DNA of 62,464 nt, filler included, from Nemertoderma westbladi (lineage: Eukaryota; Animalia; Xenacoelomorpha), in the NCBI GenBank assembly GCA_032718475.1. It is 3 parts of 3 records of this genome, joined end to end, with 100 filler letters (N's around TTAATTAATTAA, not from the genome) between each part and the next. Parts side by side here need not be neighbours in the genome. Positions count along the whole stretch, not along the records: positions 1 to 19,488 come from JAUCBJ010002781.1; 2 more parts are not named here. One strand, 5' to 3'. Below are positions 1 to 12,090 of this stretch, piece after piece (within the stretch, counting starts at the first letter, position 1; each line of letters starts with the position of its first letter). Made by a program: the position numbers and the translations under genes. The notes beneath the pieces were generated by a model, which saw only the letters and a program-made list of their open reading frames with translations, was not told where the DNA came from and searched no databases.

Positions 1-18
1 ACCATGCGTGCGGGTGGG

Positions 19-371
19 GGGACTATCGTAGTAAAACCCAACGACGCTTTGAGACCATGCGGGGACTATCGTAGTAAAACCCAATGACGCTTTGAGACCA
101 TGCGGGGACTATCGTAGTAAAACCCAACGACGCTTTGAGACCATGCGGGGACTATTGTAGTAAAACCCAACGACGCTTTGAGACCATGCGGGGACTATCG
201 TAGTAAAACCCAACGACGCTTTGAGACCATGCGGGGACTATCGTAGTAAAACCCAACGACGCTTTGAGACCATGCGGGGACTATCGTAGTAAAACCCAAC
301 GACGCTTTGAGACCATGCGGGGACTATCGTAGTAAAACCCAACGACGCTTTGAGACCATGCGGGGACTATC
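19..371 (+). repeat. 43-bp tandem minisatellite (~8 copies) derived from Ty3/Gypsy RT coding sequence
   Basis: Unit GAGACCATGCGGGGACTATCGTAGTAAAACCCAACGACGCTTT starts at 51, 94, 137, 180, 223, 266, 309, 352 (last partial); one frame reads VVKPNDALRPCGDYR. Confidence 0.9.
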
Positions 372-3200
372 TTGGTCGCCCATACGGCGGATTAGGAGTG
401 ATTGGGAAACGTACTTTCGCGAGTGCAATTGAAGTCATAGATTCCTCGGATCCACGATTTCTGGCAATAAAAGTTTCGCAGAAGGGCGGTAATGAGATTG
501 TCTTAGTTAATGTATACCTGCATGAGTGCAGGGACAACCACGATGAATATTTGGACTGTCTCGGAAAGATTCAGGCCCTTATCGAATCTATCCCTGTAAA
601 CCATGTAGGGTTTATTGGCGACTTTAATGCTGATCCTCGACGACAATTTTATGTCGACTTACTGGCAACTTGCACGGAAAGTGGGTTGAGAATCATCGAC
701 GTGGAACGGCTGCCGCCGTCAACGTTCACATACGTCAGTGCATCCTACAACTCGACATCCTGGCTTGACCACTTCATATGTAGTGGTACAATGGAATCAA
801 TTGTTATGAATATCAGCGTAGATTATGACGTATCAACGCTTGATCAAATGCCGCTAATAATCGATCTCGAAACGGAAGTTGTTTTACCCAATGAGGAGTC
901 CTCTCCGCATGGCCAACAGGCTCCTGTGTTCAGTAAACCGGCCTGGGATCGGGCTTCAGACCAGGACAAAGTCAATTACCGACAGGCAACGGCATGTCAT
1001 CTTAAATCGATAAATGTACCTTGGGAGGCGTTACAGTGCTGTAACCCGCAGTGTTCGGGTCACCGATCAGACCTTGAAAAGTTATACGACAATATTACAT
1101 CGGCACTGCATTTGCACGGCACTCCATTCTGGAGCTCCGACCATTTCGAAACATGGAATTCCGGGTTGGAATGACGAGGTCAGTGAACTCCATAGGGAGG
1201 CTCGCGAACAATTTCTTCTATGGCGGGAGGCCAATAGTCCACGGTCTGGTCAGGTGCATCGATTAATGGTGCTGTCTAGATCGCGGTTTAAACTGGCCTT
1301 GCGGCGCTGTAAAAAGCAACAGGATACAATTCGCAACGATAAACTAGCGTCGTCTTTGATGACCGATTCTAGTTACACGTTCTGGAAAAATATAAAACGC
1401 GATGTACAGTATAAAACCCCATGTGCCGCTAAAGTAGGGGGTGCATGTGGAGATTATAATATTGCCAACATGTGGAAGGATCATTTTTCTGATATTTTTA
1501 ACTCAAACCACTCCGGTGCAGATATTTCTCATATGTTTAACTTTTTTACGGATCTTGAATTTAATAATGAAATGATTTTTAATGTAAGTGAATTACTCAG
1601 TGCAATGACTAATCTAAAGGAACATAAAGCATGTGGCAAAGATGGTATCTTTGCAGAACACATAATTTTATCGAACCAATATTTACACGGCCTAGGTTTT
1701 TTACCGTCGTCAATGATAACTACTGTACTAAATCCTATAGTTAAGGACAAGTCAGGCGATATATCCGATAAAGGAAATTATCGTCCCATTTCGCTTTCGT
1801 CTATTATTAGCAAATTATATGAGCTAATTATTTTAAGTCGTATTTATCATTATTTATATACAACCGATGCGCAGTTTGGGTTTAAGAAGAAATTAGGTAC
1901 AGAGTTATGTAGTTATACTCTAAAAGATATCATCAATTATTATTTGCTCAACGGTTCTAATGTTTATATAACGTTCCTTGATGCGTCAAAAGCCTTTGAT
2001 TCGGTAGACCATAATATTATATTCTTGTGATTATTTGAACGTGGTATACCCATATTTTTATGGCGTGTTCTCGTGTTTTGGTACACAAACCAATCAATGC
2101 ACATTAGATGGTCTGGTACCTTGTCTCAACAATTTATGTGCAGTAACGGGGTGCGGCAAGGTAGCATATTAAGCCCGAAATTATTTAACATTTTCATCGA
2201 CCGGTTGAGTATTGACCTCACCAATACTGAGGTAGGATGTTCCTTTGACGGTACTTGTGTCAATCACCTTTACTATGCTGACGATCTGGTTTTAATTACA
2301 ACGAATCCTACTTCCTTACAGCTTCTGTTAGATATCTGTATGAAATTTGCACACATCAACTTCATTAGCTTTAATCCTAAAAAGTCGAAGTGTCTTAATA
2401 TACGCAGCAAAACTTTCAGTGGCTTTGGGGAAGGCAGGATTTTCATATTAGATGGTAAGGTCTTAGAAGTAGTTCAAAAGTTTAAGTACCTTGGACATAT
2501 AATAACAAGTGACTTTTGTGATGACGAGGACATCAAGGCCCAGACAAGGAAGTTTTATTCGCGTGCAAACCAATTAATTCGTAAGTTCAGTGGGTGCTCC
2601 GATAATGTAAAAATACAACTCTTTTCTAGTTATTGTTCATCTGTTTATTGTAATGCCCTCTGGGCTGACGGTTGCTACACACGTAACGTATTTAATAAAC
2701 TTTGTATAGCACTAAATAAATCGGTTAGGAAGTTATTTGGTTTTAAATTGTATGAGAGTATTACGGACACTCATCTCAGTGCCAGTTATATGTTCATGTC
2801 ACTTAGGATTAATTCAATTAATCATATTCATCGCTTTGCCTTACATAGTCTGTTTTTTAGAGTCAGAAATTCTAATAACTCAATTTTGTCACTTGTACAT
2901 TCTGTTTGCGTGCCTCAATCAATGCTATTTAAAACGTATAACCGCCTCCGTCTGTAATTAGTTAGTTATTTATTTATTTATTTATTTTTAAACAAATTGA
3001 CGTATTTTATTGGATAATATATTTCACGTTTTTATTAACAAGTCTATATGAATTGATGATGATAATATTGTGATTTTATTGACTCTATATATTTTTAAGT
3101 AAGCAGTATCAGGTACAACTATATCAATTTTTTACTAATGTGCTATAATTATGTAGGCTATGTCATTTATGATGAATACAAAAACGATTATTATTATTAT
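372..3200 (+). mobile_element. 5'-truncated L2/CR1-group LINE, disrupted ORF2 (APE endonuclease + RT)
   Basis: ORFs 350-1174 (GRPYGG, GDFNAD, SWLDH), 1014-2030 (NYRPISL, QFGF, LDASKAFD), 2073-2957 (GVRQGSILSP, YADD, KYLG); frameshift and stop; AT-rich 3' UTR ending in (ATT)n at ~3188-3200. Confidence 0.9.
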
Positions 3201-3660
3201 CGTAAATCAACCAACAAACGGTACGTGACACTTACCCTATATCGAATATAGACGACATCACAGAAAAATTTCGTGGATGCACAGTTTTCACCAAAATTGA
3301 CCAGCTGGAAAAAGCATTCTATCAAATTTCAATGACTTCCGCTGATATTCAAAAAACAGCTATAACAACACCTTTCGTTCTATTTTGTTTTAACAGAATG
3401 CCTTTTGGTCTAAAAAAAAACGCGAGGCAAACGTTTCAAAGATTAATTGATACAACTTTGTGGTAAATAAAATGTGCTGTTGGTTTTGGTTATGTAGACA
3501 ACATACTAATAGGCTGTCCAGCATTACGTTGATGTTGAGCGCGTACTGGAACGACTCTCTACATATGGTTTGACAGCCAATAAATATAAATCTGTGTTCT
3601 TCGCTCCTGAAGTTAAATTTATTGGTTGCATAATTTCCAAAAATAGTGTTCGACCTGTTT
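3201..3660 (+). pseudogene. Degenerate Ty3/Gypsy reverse transcriptase fragment
   Basis: Hand translation: NQQTVRDTYPISNIDDITEKFRGCTVFTKID..KAFYQI..DIQKTAITTPFVLFCFNRMPFGLKKNARQTFQRLID..GYVDNILIG, with indels and a stop; not in the ORF track. Confidence 0.85.
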
Positions 3661-4014
3661 TGCAGTCAGCTGTCTATTAATATCAATACTCACTCCCTCG
3701 GTATTCGTGTAGAAAAGAGAATTTACAGTTTAAATATTACCGCATTCGAATATTATTATCTGTTAAAAAACCACAAGGTAATACATCTGTTTGTACTGTA
3801 GTGTAAATTCGCAACACTTAATAGAGGTGAAGATGAGAGATAATGATCAGTTAGTAATTTTACTGTGATTAATAGGTACTTGTTTCAGCAATATTAAAAC
3901 AAATGCTTTTTCTAATGTCATGTTGAGTAGCAAATTACAATGGTGTATTGTAAACTACTAGGATCGGCATGCTGTATTGCAGCTGAATTATATATGTATA
4001 TTACATATATATTA

Positions 4015-6040
4015 AGAATGCTGTGCCGGCTTGTCGACAAAATTCCGCCGCCACAACTCCCTATCACCCATGACATTTGTCATGCCGCATCTTCAAGGTC
4101 AGATTCCTTTAAGATGCGTCCAGAGAAAGTCATGTTGTGACCACCATGCTTATTCACACCGTGACGTGAGGCCGCCATAGCACAAGATTATGTACTGGCT
4201 GGTCCTCACCTCGAAAGCAATGTCCTACAAAGCAGAGGCGGCTTTGTTCTAGTGTCGAGCTTGGGGGAATTAATGAGACACCTCCGATGTTATATAGTGT
4301 CTGGTTGGAGATGTGTGCATTGTACTTGACACAATGAACCCGGCGTAGCATTCTTGTGAATGTGCCATCCAGAGATTTGGTGTCCTCAGCAGTTAGAGCC
4401 CAGCATGGACTCACATAGAGGAGTACTGGAACTACTGCTGCTCTAAATAATCGGACCTTAAGTTTTCGATGAATTCTATGTGACTTCCAAATCCTGGAAA
4501 GCCCATTCAAGGTTGCCCTTTCCTTTCCCTTGCGTATTCGAAGGTCCTCACATCACTTCCGGATCTATGATTCCAGGTAACAGAAGTCGTCCACATGCTC
4601 AAGCATACCATCATTTAAGCTTATGCTCTGCTCATCCGGCCAAAGACTTGCTGGGGTCTTTCAAAGGTAACTGTCAAAATTTTGGTCTTTTTGGAGTTAA
4701 AAAAAATACCAACACTAGAAGCAGCCTATTCTAATGAGCTGAGGAGCCGTTGGGATCCCTCTAGTGATTCTGAGAGTATTTCTAAGTCATCCAGCAAAGT
4801 CTAGATCAGTTAGGGACTTGGCAGGATTTCCTCGACTTCTGGAGCCATTAGGTGGAGTTACACTCACCACGTCATCATTATGATGATCTAAGGACATGCG
4901 TAGACTCCCTGAAGGACTCCACATAATACTTCAAATGGTTCTGTGTCACCGTCAGCAGTAGACACAAATGTCGTTGAACCATCGTATACTGATCTGATTG
5001 CTATAATCATTTCATCAGAAATCCCATATAATGAAAGTATGCTGAACATACGTGAGCGAGAGACTGAATCAAAGGCCTTGAAGAAGTCAACAAAGGTAAC
5101 AGCCAGATGCCTGTCATTCTTTTTTGATAACACTTCCAATGATAACACTCCCATTACTACTATGACAGGATAGATGAGCTCTAACCACGTATTTTAAAGA
5201 CCTCAGGGGGGACACCATCTACTCCACTGGCACGATTGGTCTTAATGGTCTTTGCAGCAGGCTTAACTTCTGCAGAGATATCACCAATGGGAATATCTGG
5301 GAGTACAGACTCAGACACTTTTACTTCTATAAAGTTATCAGGCAATACCCTGTCATTATTGAGGAGCTTTTCAAAGTGGGCCTTCCAACCATTGAGGCGA
5401 TCGGCTGGTGATTCTGCCTTAACCTTGGTGGTAGGTTGGCTTTTCCGCCCAGTAAGCAAGTTGATTGATTTCCATGCCTGCGATGATTGCCTGATGTCGT
5501 CGGCATCATTGATGGCATCAACCTGTTGGTTAATAAACTCCTGTAGATTAACAGATAGTACTGCTTGTTCAGGGACCTAGATGCAGCCTTAACTGCATTC
5601 TTGTCCGCTGTAGTCTGTTTGAGTAGGGACTCTTTCTGCGCCTTATAGAGGTCATTTCGGCACTTCTGAATTTTGTGGTCAGTCCAGGGGCATTTTTCCT
5701 GTTTCGAGGGTACACAGGAACTGTTTCTGCAGCTGCTAACTTAACTGCTTCTGTGAAGGCAGTATAGCCCTTGCAGCGATCTGCCGCCTCAGAGGTAAGA
5801 ACCTCATACCTTTTGCTCAGCTGTAGTGTGAAGCTGGATCTCACACTTGGCTGTTGCAAGCATTACAGTCTTGTATAGAGCTCCTGTATTTCCTACGAAA
5901 CATAATAATATGGTCTATCTGGTACTTGTGACCACCGGGTCCACTATGAGTCCATAGCTTTCCAGTTCGCTTCTTGATCTTGGTTCCAGCCGAAAACAAT
6001 TCATTTCCAGAGATGAAATCCTGAAGATGGACGGAATTTG
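4015..6040 (-). mobile_element. Decayed RTE-clade LINE (APE C-terminus, RT, C-terminal region)
   Basis: Fragments YQIDHI, ASGVDGVPPE, FVDFFKAFDS..GVLQG, frameshifted DLDFA-DD near 4785-4810, KLKVRLFRAAVVPVLLY..FVGHCFR. Confidence 0.85.
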
Positions 6041-6458
6041 GGTAAAGCTTTACAAATTTGTGTCAAAAAATCTGACTACCCCCCCCCCCCCGGCCTTTAA
6101 TTAACATTAGAAACCTCCTTTGATAAATAACTTGTATAACTTTATATAAAATGTATAAGTTTTTGAGATGACCAAAACACAGCACAAGCTGTCAATCATC
6201 TAAACTCCCGTTCCAATATTAATTGATCGTTTAATATGAATTAGAGAATAGCTTTAATTTACGAAAACTTTCATACTAATTATTTTTTTCAGGTGATCAT
6301 CGAAATATTTAGGCTGATGGATTTGAGCCTTTCAGATAAAATACTTGGTACTTGGCTGCCCGATGCTCCGGAATCCCTTACTGTGTAAGGGACTAAAGGC
6401 AGTAATAAGTAACTACTATTGTGTAGCATTTTGGCATTCTTAGGGACCATTATTTTGA

Positions 6459-7169
6459 CCCACCCAGTTACACATTAACTCCTACAACATACCCTCCCAG
6501 TTACACATTAGCTTTTACCAAAAACCAACCCAGTTACACAAGAACTCTTCCCGAACACCCACCATGTTACACATTAACTCTTACCACACACCCACTCAGT
6601 TACACATTAACTCCTACCACATACCCTCCCAGTTACACTAGCTTTTACCACAAACCAACCCAGTTACACAAGAACTCTTCCCGAACACCCACCATGTTAC
6701 ACATTAACTCTTACCACACACCCACTCAGTTACACATTAACTCTTACCACACACCCACCCAGTTACACATTAACTCTTACCACACACCCACCCAGTTACA
6801 CATTAACTCTTACCACACACCCATCCAGTTACACATTAACTCTTACCACAAACCCACTCAGTTACACATTAACTCTTACCACACACCCACCCAGTTACAC
6901 ATTAACTCTTACCACATACCCACCCAGTTACACATAAACTCTTTCCACACACCCACCCAGTTACACATTAACTCTTACCACACACCCACCCAGTTACACA
7001 TTAACTCTTACCACACACCCATCCAGTCACACATTAACTCTTACCACAAACCCACTCAGTTACACATAAACTCTTACCAAACACCCACCCAGTTACACAT
7101 TAACTCTTATCATACACCCACCCAGTTACACATTAACTCTTACCACAATCCCACCCAGTTACACATAAA
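6459..7169. repeat. 33-bp tandem minisatellite (~21 copies)
   Basis: Unit ~CAGTTACACATTAACTCTTACCACACACCCACC; accounts for the repetitive ORF 6694-7215. Confidence 0.95.
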
Positions 7170-7181
7170 TAGTAGTAGGGG

Positions 7182-7475
7182 TTTGCACGGCTCTGCGACA
7201 GTTAGACCACACTGACACCCATTGGGTGTCATATGACACCCTATTATCACCCATAGGGTGTCATTGGCGCCAGACTGTCTGGGTGACACCTCCCAATTAG
7301 GCTAATTAGACCCTAATTGATAGGTGGCATCAATTAATTAGTAGAATTAAACCCTAATAGGTGTCTTACGACTCCTAATTAGGGTTTAATTGATTATCCT
7401 AATTAATCAGACTGATTAGCGCCCTGACACACAATGGATCATCAGTGTGGTCTAACTGTCGCAGAGCCGTCCAAA
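7182..7475. mobile_element. MITE-like foldback element with 34-bp terminal inverted repeats
   Basis: 7182-7215 is the reverse complement of 7442-7475 with 1 mismatch; internal hairpins such as TGACACCCATTGGGTGTCA. Confidence 0.7.
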
Positions 7476-7539
7476 GGGTGTCATAAGTGACACCGCGGCT
7501 CTTTTATTTATTAATACCTATTTATTCATTAATTTTAAT

Positions 7540-7635
7540 TAATTATTTGTATTTAATTTTACTTTATTTATTTGTATTTAATTTTACTTTATTTATTTGT
7601 ATTTAATTTTACTTTATTTATTTGTATTTAATTTT
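7540..7635. repeat. AT-rich 25-bp tandem repeat (~4 copies)
   Basis: TTACTTTATTTATTTGTATTTAATT repeated. Confidence 0.85.
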
Positions 7636-7898
7636 AAATTAACCAATAATTAGTTTTATATATTGGTTTCTAAATGACCTCATTGACTTTCATCTCGTTA
7701 TACTTAGCCATAGGATATACAGCTCCCTTACTGGTAACTAATTACTCTTATCTATATCCAGACAGCTTTATCGTTGACCTTTGACCCCCAATTAGCTTTA
7801 ACCAAGCAACAGCTTATTAATAATAGTTGTATCCAAGCGCCCCCCCCCCCTCTCGTGACAGCTCTGATTACTAATTACTCTTACCTATATCCAGCCGT

Positions 7899-8310
7899 CT
7901 GCAGTTCCATAGTCTGCTGCTAGAGGGCGTATGATCTGAAAATTAACATCTTCTCTAACTTTGTTATTTTCATTCCGAATAGGTTTAAACTCAGTAGGCA
8001 TCTACTACGGCATAGGCCAAATCTTTTACGGAGACATAGAGTAGTCTGAAGTTCCCCTGTCTGCCGCTAGAGGGCGTATTATTTGAAAATTAACATCTTC
8101 TCTAGCTTTGTTATTTACAATCCGCAAAACTATGAAGTTATATTGCTTAAAAGTTCTAAGGGGCGAGCCATGAGGCAAGATGTTTGAGGCTTATTTAGAT
8201 ATATTATTACTTAATTTTGACCCCCCAACCGATATCTATTACAATATGGGCTATATCTTTTGCAGAGTCACAGAGTATTCTGAAGTTCCCCAGTATGCCG
8301 CTAGAGGGCG
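7899..8310 (+). promoter_or_regulatory. Three extended CTCF-like motifs within a dispersed repeat
   Basis: CTG(C/A)AGTTCC-N5-(C/A)TG(C)(C/T)GCTAGAGGGCG at 7899, 8046, 8280. Confidence 0.6.
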
Positions 8311-9280
8311 AAATGTATCAAAGTGAAAACCATATGGTCGCCATGAATTGGTTACTAGGCAATAATACTGCATTTTGCAACGTTAGGCCTATTGCTGACC
8401 GAACTAAAACTCCCCTGGTTCATGCAGGTAAACAAAGACCGTAATGCATTGCACGACTTTCCGTAGGCCTCTGTACAAGATAAAATGAAAATCGCTCTGA
8501 TTGGCTGAGCTGAGCGAGCTGAACAAAGAGAGGCTCCACGTGTACAGTAAACCAGCTGACAGATTTCGTCATCTGAGTTACAGTCTTTAGAGTATTAAGC
8601 GCATTGCGGAGAAAATGGCTTGTTATGTCCGCTAAAACACCTTCACGGTACATTACGGAGAAAATGGCTTGTTATGTCCGCTAAAACACCTACACAGTAT
8701 ATTGTGGAGAAAAATGACCTGTTATATCCGCAAAAGCTTTTACACCGCTCCCAGAAAATGGGATTTAATTCTATAAAATATAAAAAATCACAGTTTCTAA
8801 AATATAAAAATACTCTAAACAGTTAGTCCTTCTTACGTGAACGGCGTTTACATAGTTTTTTGAGGCTAGCAAGAGTCCTTTTCCCTTTGGGGCGAGCCAC
8901 TTTACTAGGAGGGCTATAACTCCTGGGTGAAGGGTGCAATACAATTGCATCGGAAGGTTTAGGATGACGGTCAGTGTATCCGCCGGTTGAGGTACTCGGT
9001 TGATCGGTATCAACCTCAGTGGAACGAGGTCGAACAACCTTCAGAGCGCGTTTCAAGACAGCAGCTCTTACTGGTCCCTGACGATTCGTCTGCACAAGAG
9101 CGGTAGGTGGACCGTGTGTAGTTAGAAATTTCCTCGGTTTGATGGTTCTTTCCGACTCGCATTCTCGGGCTCTGTCGAAATCGATATGCTTCTACTCGAG
9201 CTGATTTTCCTCCGCTTGTCGGTGGAAGCATTTGTCTAAAACTCGTTTAGAGAGTAGGGTCATCCAAGTTCGATATCTTC

Positions 9281-10385
9281 TTAGAGATTCTGGATTTCCC
9301 GATCGAACTGAGATAAAGCTAATTCGTTTACCGCTTGGACTTGCTGCTGCAATTTACGTTTCTCTAAACAATCGTAGGTTCCTTTTCCGATCTTTTGTCG
9401 AATAGTGTCTAACGCGTTGCGTACAACTCTCTCCTCCACCTCGGTGACAGGTTGTATCGGGGTTAAACCGGGACGATTATACGGGTTGAACGGCGATATT
9501 AAATGTCCGCGTCCCAATCCAGCTAGGTAGGATGGGCGAATATCTAGAGAGCCCACAACCGGAGTGCCACCGACTAATTGTTCGGGTAACACTAGATCTT
9601 TGAACAATGAGTACAGCTCAGGAGGATCCGTCATACTATTAGGATCAAGAGTCTGAGGTTTCACCAGGGAATGAGGAGATCTGACCGAGTATTCCGGAAC
9701 TCTGATCAGAGGTTTATTTAAGGATCGTTTGAGTCGAGCGAGCGTAGATGATACGTCGAACAAGTTTCGCTCGAAACTCTCGTAAATATAGCGAGTAAAA
9801 CTGTGTTTAGCGCAACGTCTCTGCGGATGTTTATGTCTTTCCGTGTGTTGGTTGGGTCTAGGGCATTCATCGTAATAATACCAAAGACGCACATCTTGTA
9901 GGGGAAACGCTGGTGATCTTTCTCCAGTTTTACAATGTCTCTCTCAAGAATTCCAAATATACGTTGAAGTCACTGCGTTTATCCGGTTCTTTAACGTCTT
10001 CTCTTTCGAGTTGGTTTCGAATAGAATTTTCGTGTTCGATTCTCAGTTTATCGTTCCGACTCCGCTGGGTATGATATTTAAATAGGATCATTTCCCTTTT
10101 GGTGTCTACATCGTCCATATCGTGTAAATCGATAGGATGGTCAGTAGTAAAGAAGTCTATATACGTACCATTACGATGCGTATAGCGAGCGGTGAATTTT
10201 CTATAGTCCAATTCACGCGTGAGCTGTTCCTTTGACATTGGCGGTTTGATATAACGGCCATCGTCCTCCGTAGTGGGTGGACTAGCGTCGCCGCGTATTA
10301 AACTATCAACAAACGCTTGCAATGGTAGGGTATATCGCTCCCTGATACCAAGATCATCTTCTATCAACTCAGTCATAGCTGCCAT
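9281..10385 (-). pseudogene. Orphan intronless coding-like block (151-aa and 203-aa ORFs in tandem, probably one disrupted gene)
   Basis: ATG-initiated ORF 9930-10385 followed closely by 9281-9892; GC content above flanks; no domain recognised. Confidence 0.4.
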
Positions 10386-10869
10386 ATGAGTTTATTGATA
10401 TTATAATTAATTATAATTTAGGCTAGCGGTCGTTGCTGCCCCCCCTCAATGCCCCCGGACAGCGAAAGCTCCTCAGCGCTGATGTACTGTCGCCGCTGTG
10501 TCTATAGCCAACATAGTAGCTACACAACGACAACAACAACCAGCGCGAGTCACTCCACTGCCCGTCCCAAGGGCTCAGAATTACTTCAGGTTCTTGCTAC
10601 AGAGGTAGGGCAACTTTCACAACTGCGACTCGCTACTGTAAACACACTTTAGTAGTAACATTCACCTATAAACGCACAAATTCCACACCACTGCACTGTC
10701 ACAAATTGTACACATTTGGGCCATTTGTCCGTTAGTCAATGGCCTTCCAGAATGCCACGTTATTATTATGTATCCCTGGATACTAGCAGTGCGCTATTTA
10801 TTCCGTATGCTATTCAATGGGGCAAGCCTTTTATTGTTCTTTTAACTCACTTCTAATTCTAACGTGGTT

Positions 10870-10883
10870 GTTGCCATGGTGAC
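10870..10883. promoter_or_regulatory. RFX X-box-like motif
   Basis: GTTGCCATGGTGAC, close to the palindromic consensus GTTGCCATGGCAAC. Confidence 0.45.
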
Positions 10884-11202
10884 ATTATGGAAAGCTAGCA
10901 GTAGAATTAGGGTAATTCTCATGCATACAGATCTGGGATGCTATTTAATAGTAATTCTTTAATTGCCAATATTCCCCTTTATACATGATTTTATGAATTT
11001 TATCGGCTATTGACTATATATTGGAGATTCTCTCACGCTAATATACTTAATAGGGTGAATCTCCGCTCCCATGATCTATTAATTGATGGAATTTTGGGAA
11101 TGTTATAAATTGTATAAAATGACAATTTATCAAATTCATGAGAGGATATGAATTTAAATTTATTCCCGTAAATTTTATTATTTAATATTAAAATAGACAC
11201 AA

Positions 11203-11560
11203 TTTTATTCCAGAACATGTCTGGGGACTGGGATCCTTGATTCTAGGAAATTTGTCCTTTTAAGAGTATCGGTAAGTGCTACGATATCTTAATCGACTAG
11301 AATTTTTAAAGGATCTAAATTTTAACAGATTTTGATTTATAGATTTTCTTGGTTTACAAACACCTTAGAGTTTATTTGTATGCATTTACTCTATTATAGC
11401 ATTTGTTTTAATAGATTTTTATAAATATTAATTATGTAATATTTAAGATGGGCACCGATTTATTCCAGAACATGTCTGGGGACGTTAACCATTGATTCTA
11501 GAATTTTGTCTTTCAAGTATATCGGTGGGTGCCGCGATATCTTAATCGACTAGAATTACA
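11203..11560. repeat. Diverged direct repeat pair (~105 bp core, ~256-bp offset)
   Basis: TTTATTCCAGAACATGTCTGGGGAC...GATATCTTAATCGACTAGAATT at ~11204 and ~11459. Confidence 0.8.
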
Positions 11561-11604
11561 GATGGTCAAAGGGTTTAACAGATTTATTTTGTGTTTTACG
11601 CTAC

Positions 11605-12090
11605 TGTTAAAGGGACATCACGCTACTATATGTATTATTTAATATACGGTATGAGAGCAATATTGCAAGAAGCAATGTCAGTGAGAAGAGGCAAGTCGTT
11701 TCCAAGGTCTACCCAGAGCTTGGTTTAGCCGAGACACGAGGATCTGAACTTTGCATTCCTAATACTCTACTTACCAATAATACTTGAGTATAGTAGGAGC
11801 TTTATTGTACTTTAATAAGTACGGACATTTCATCTTACTGTAATCACGCATTTATAATATGATACGGACAGTAAGGAAAGAGAAAAGAATTATTTCTCGC
11901 CGTTGCACTAAAAATATAATATAAGTAATTAAGTAATAAACACGAATATATATTGCACTAATTCTACTAAATAATCGCTAAAATAACATTCTACTAAATA
12001 AAATTAAAGAAAACGATTATAATAAAATTACTTAATAATACATACATGAATATAAAAATAATAAAACAAATATAAAATAATGTAGTCACA
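11605..12090 (-). repeat. Candidate 3' LTR of BEL/Pao copy 1
   Basis: On the minus strand a purine-rich tract GGAGTGGGTG just after the pol stop is followed by TGT..., ending ...TTTAACA; no partner LTR seen. Confidence 0.4.

Noticed and set aside
19-371. CRISPR-like array
   Set aside because: Head-to-tail identical units with no unique spacers, no cas genes, eukaryotic context
6694-7215. 173-aa ORF of QLHINSYHTPT repeats
   Set aside because: By-product of a 33-bp minisatellite; no splice or start support
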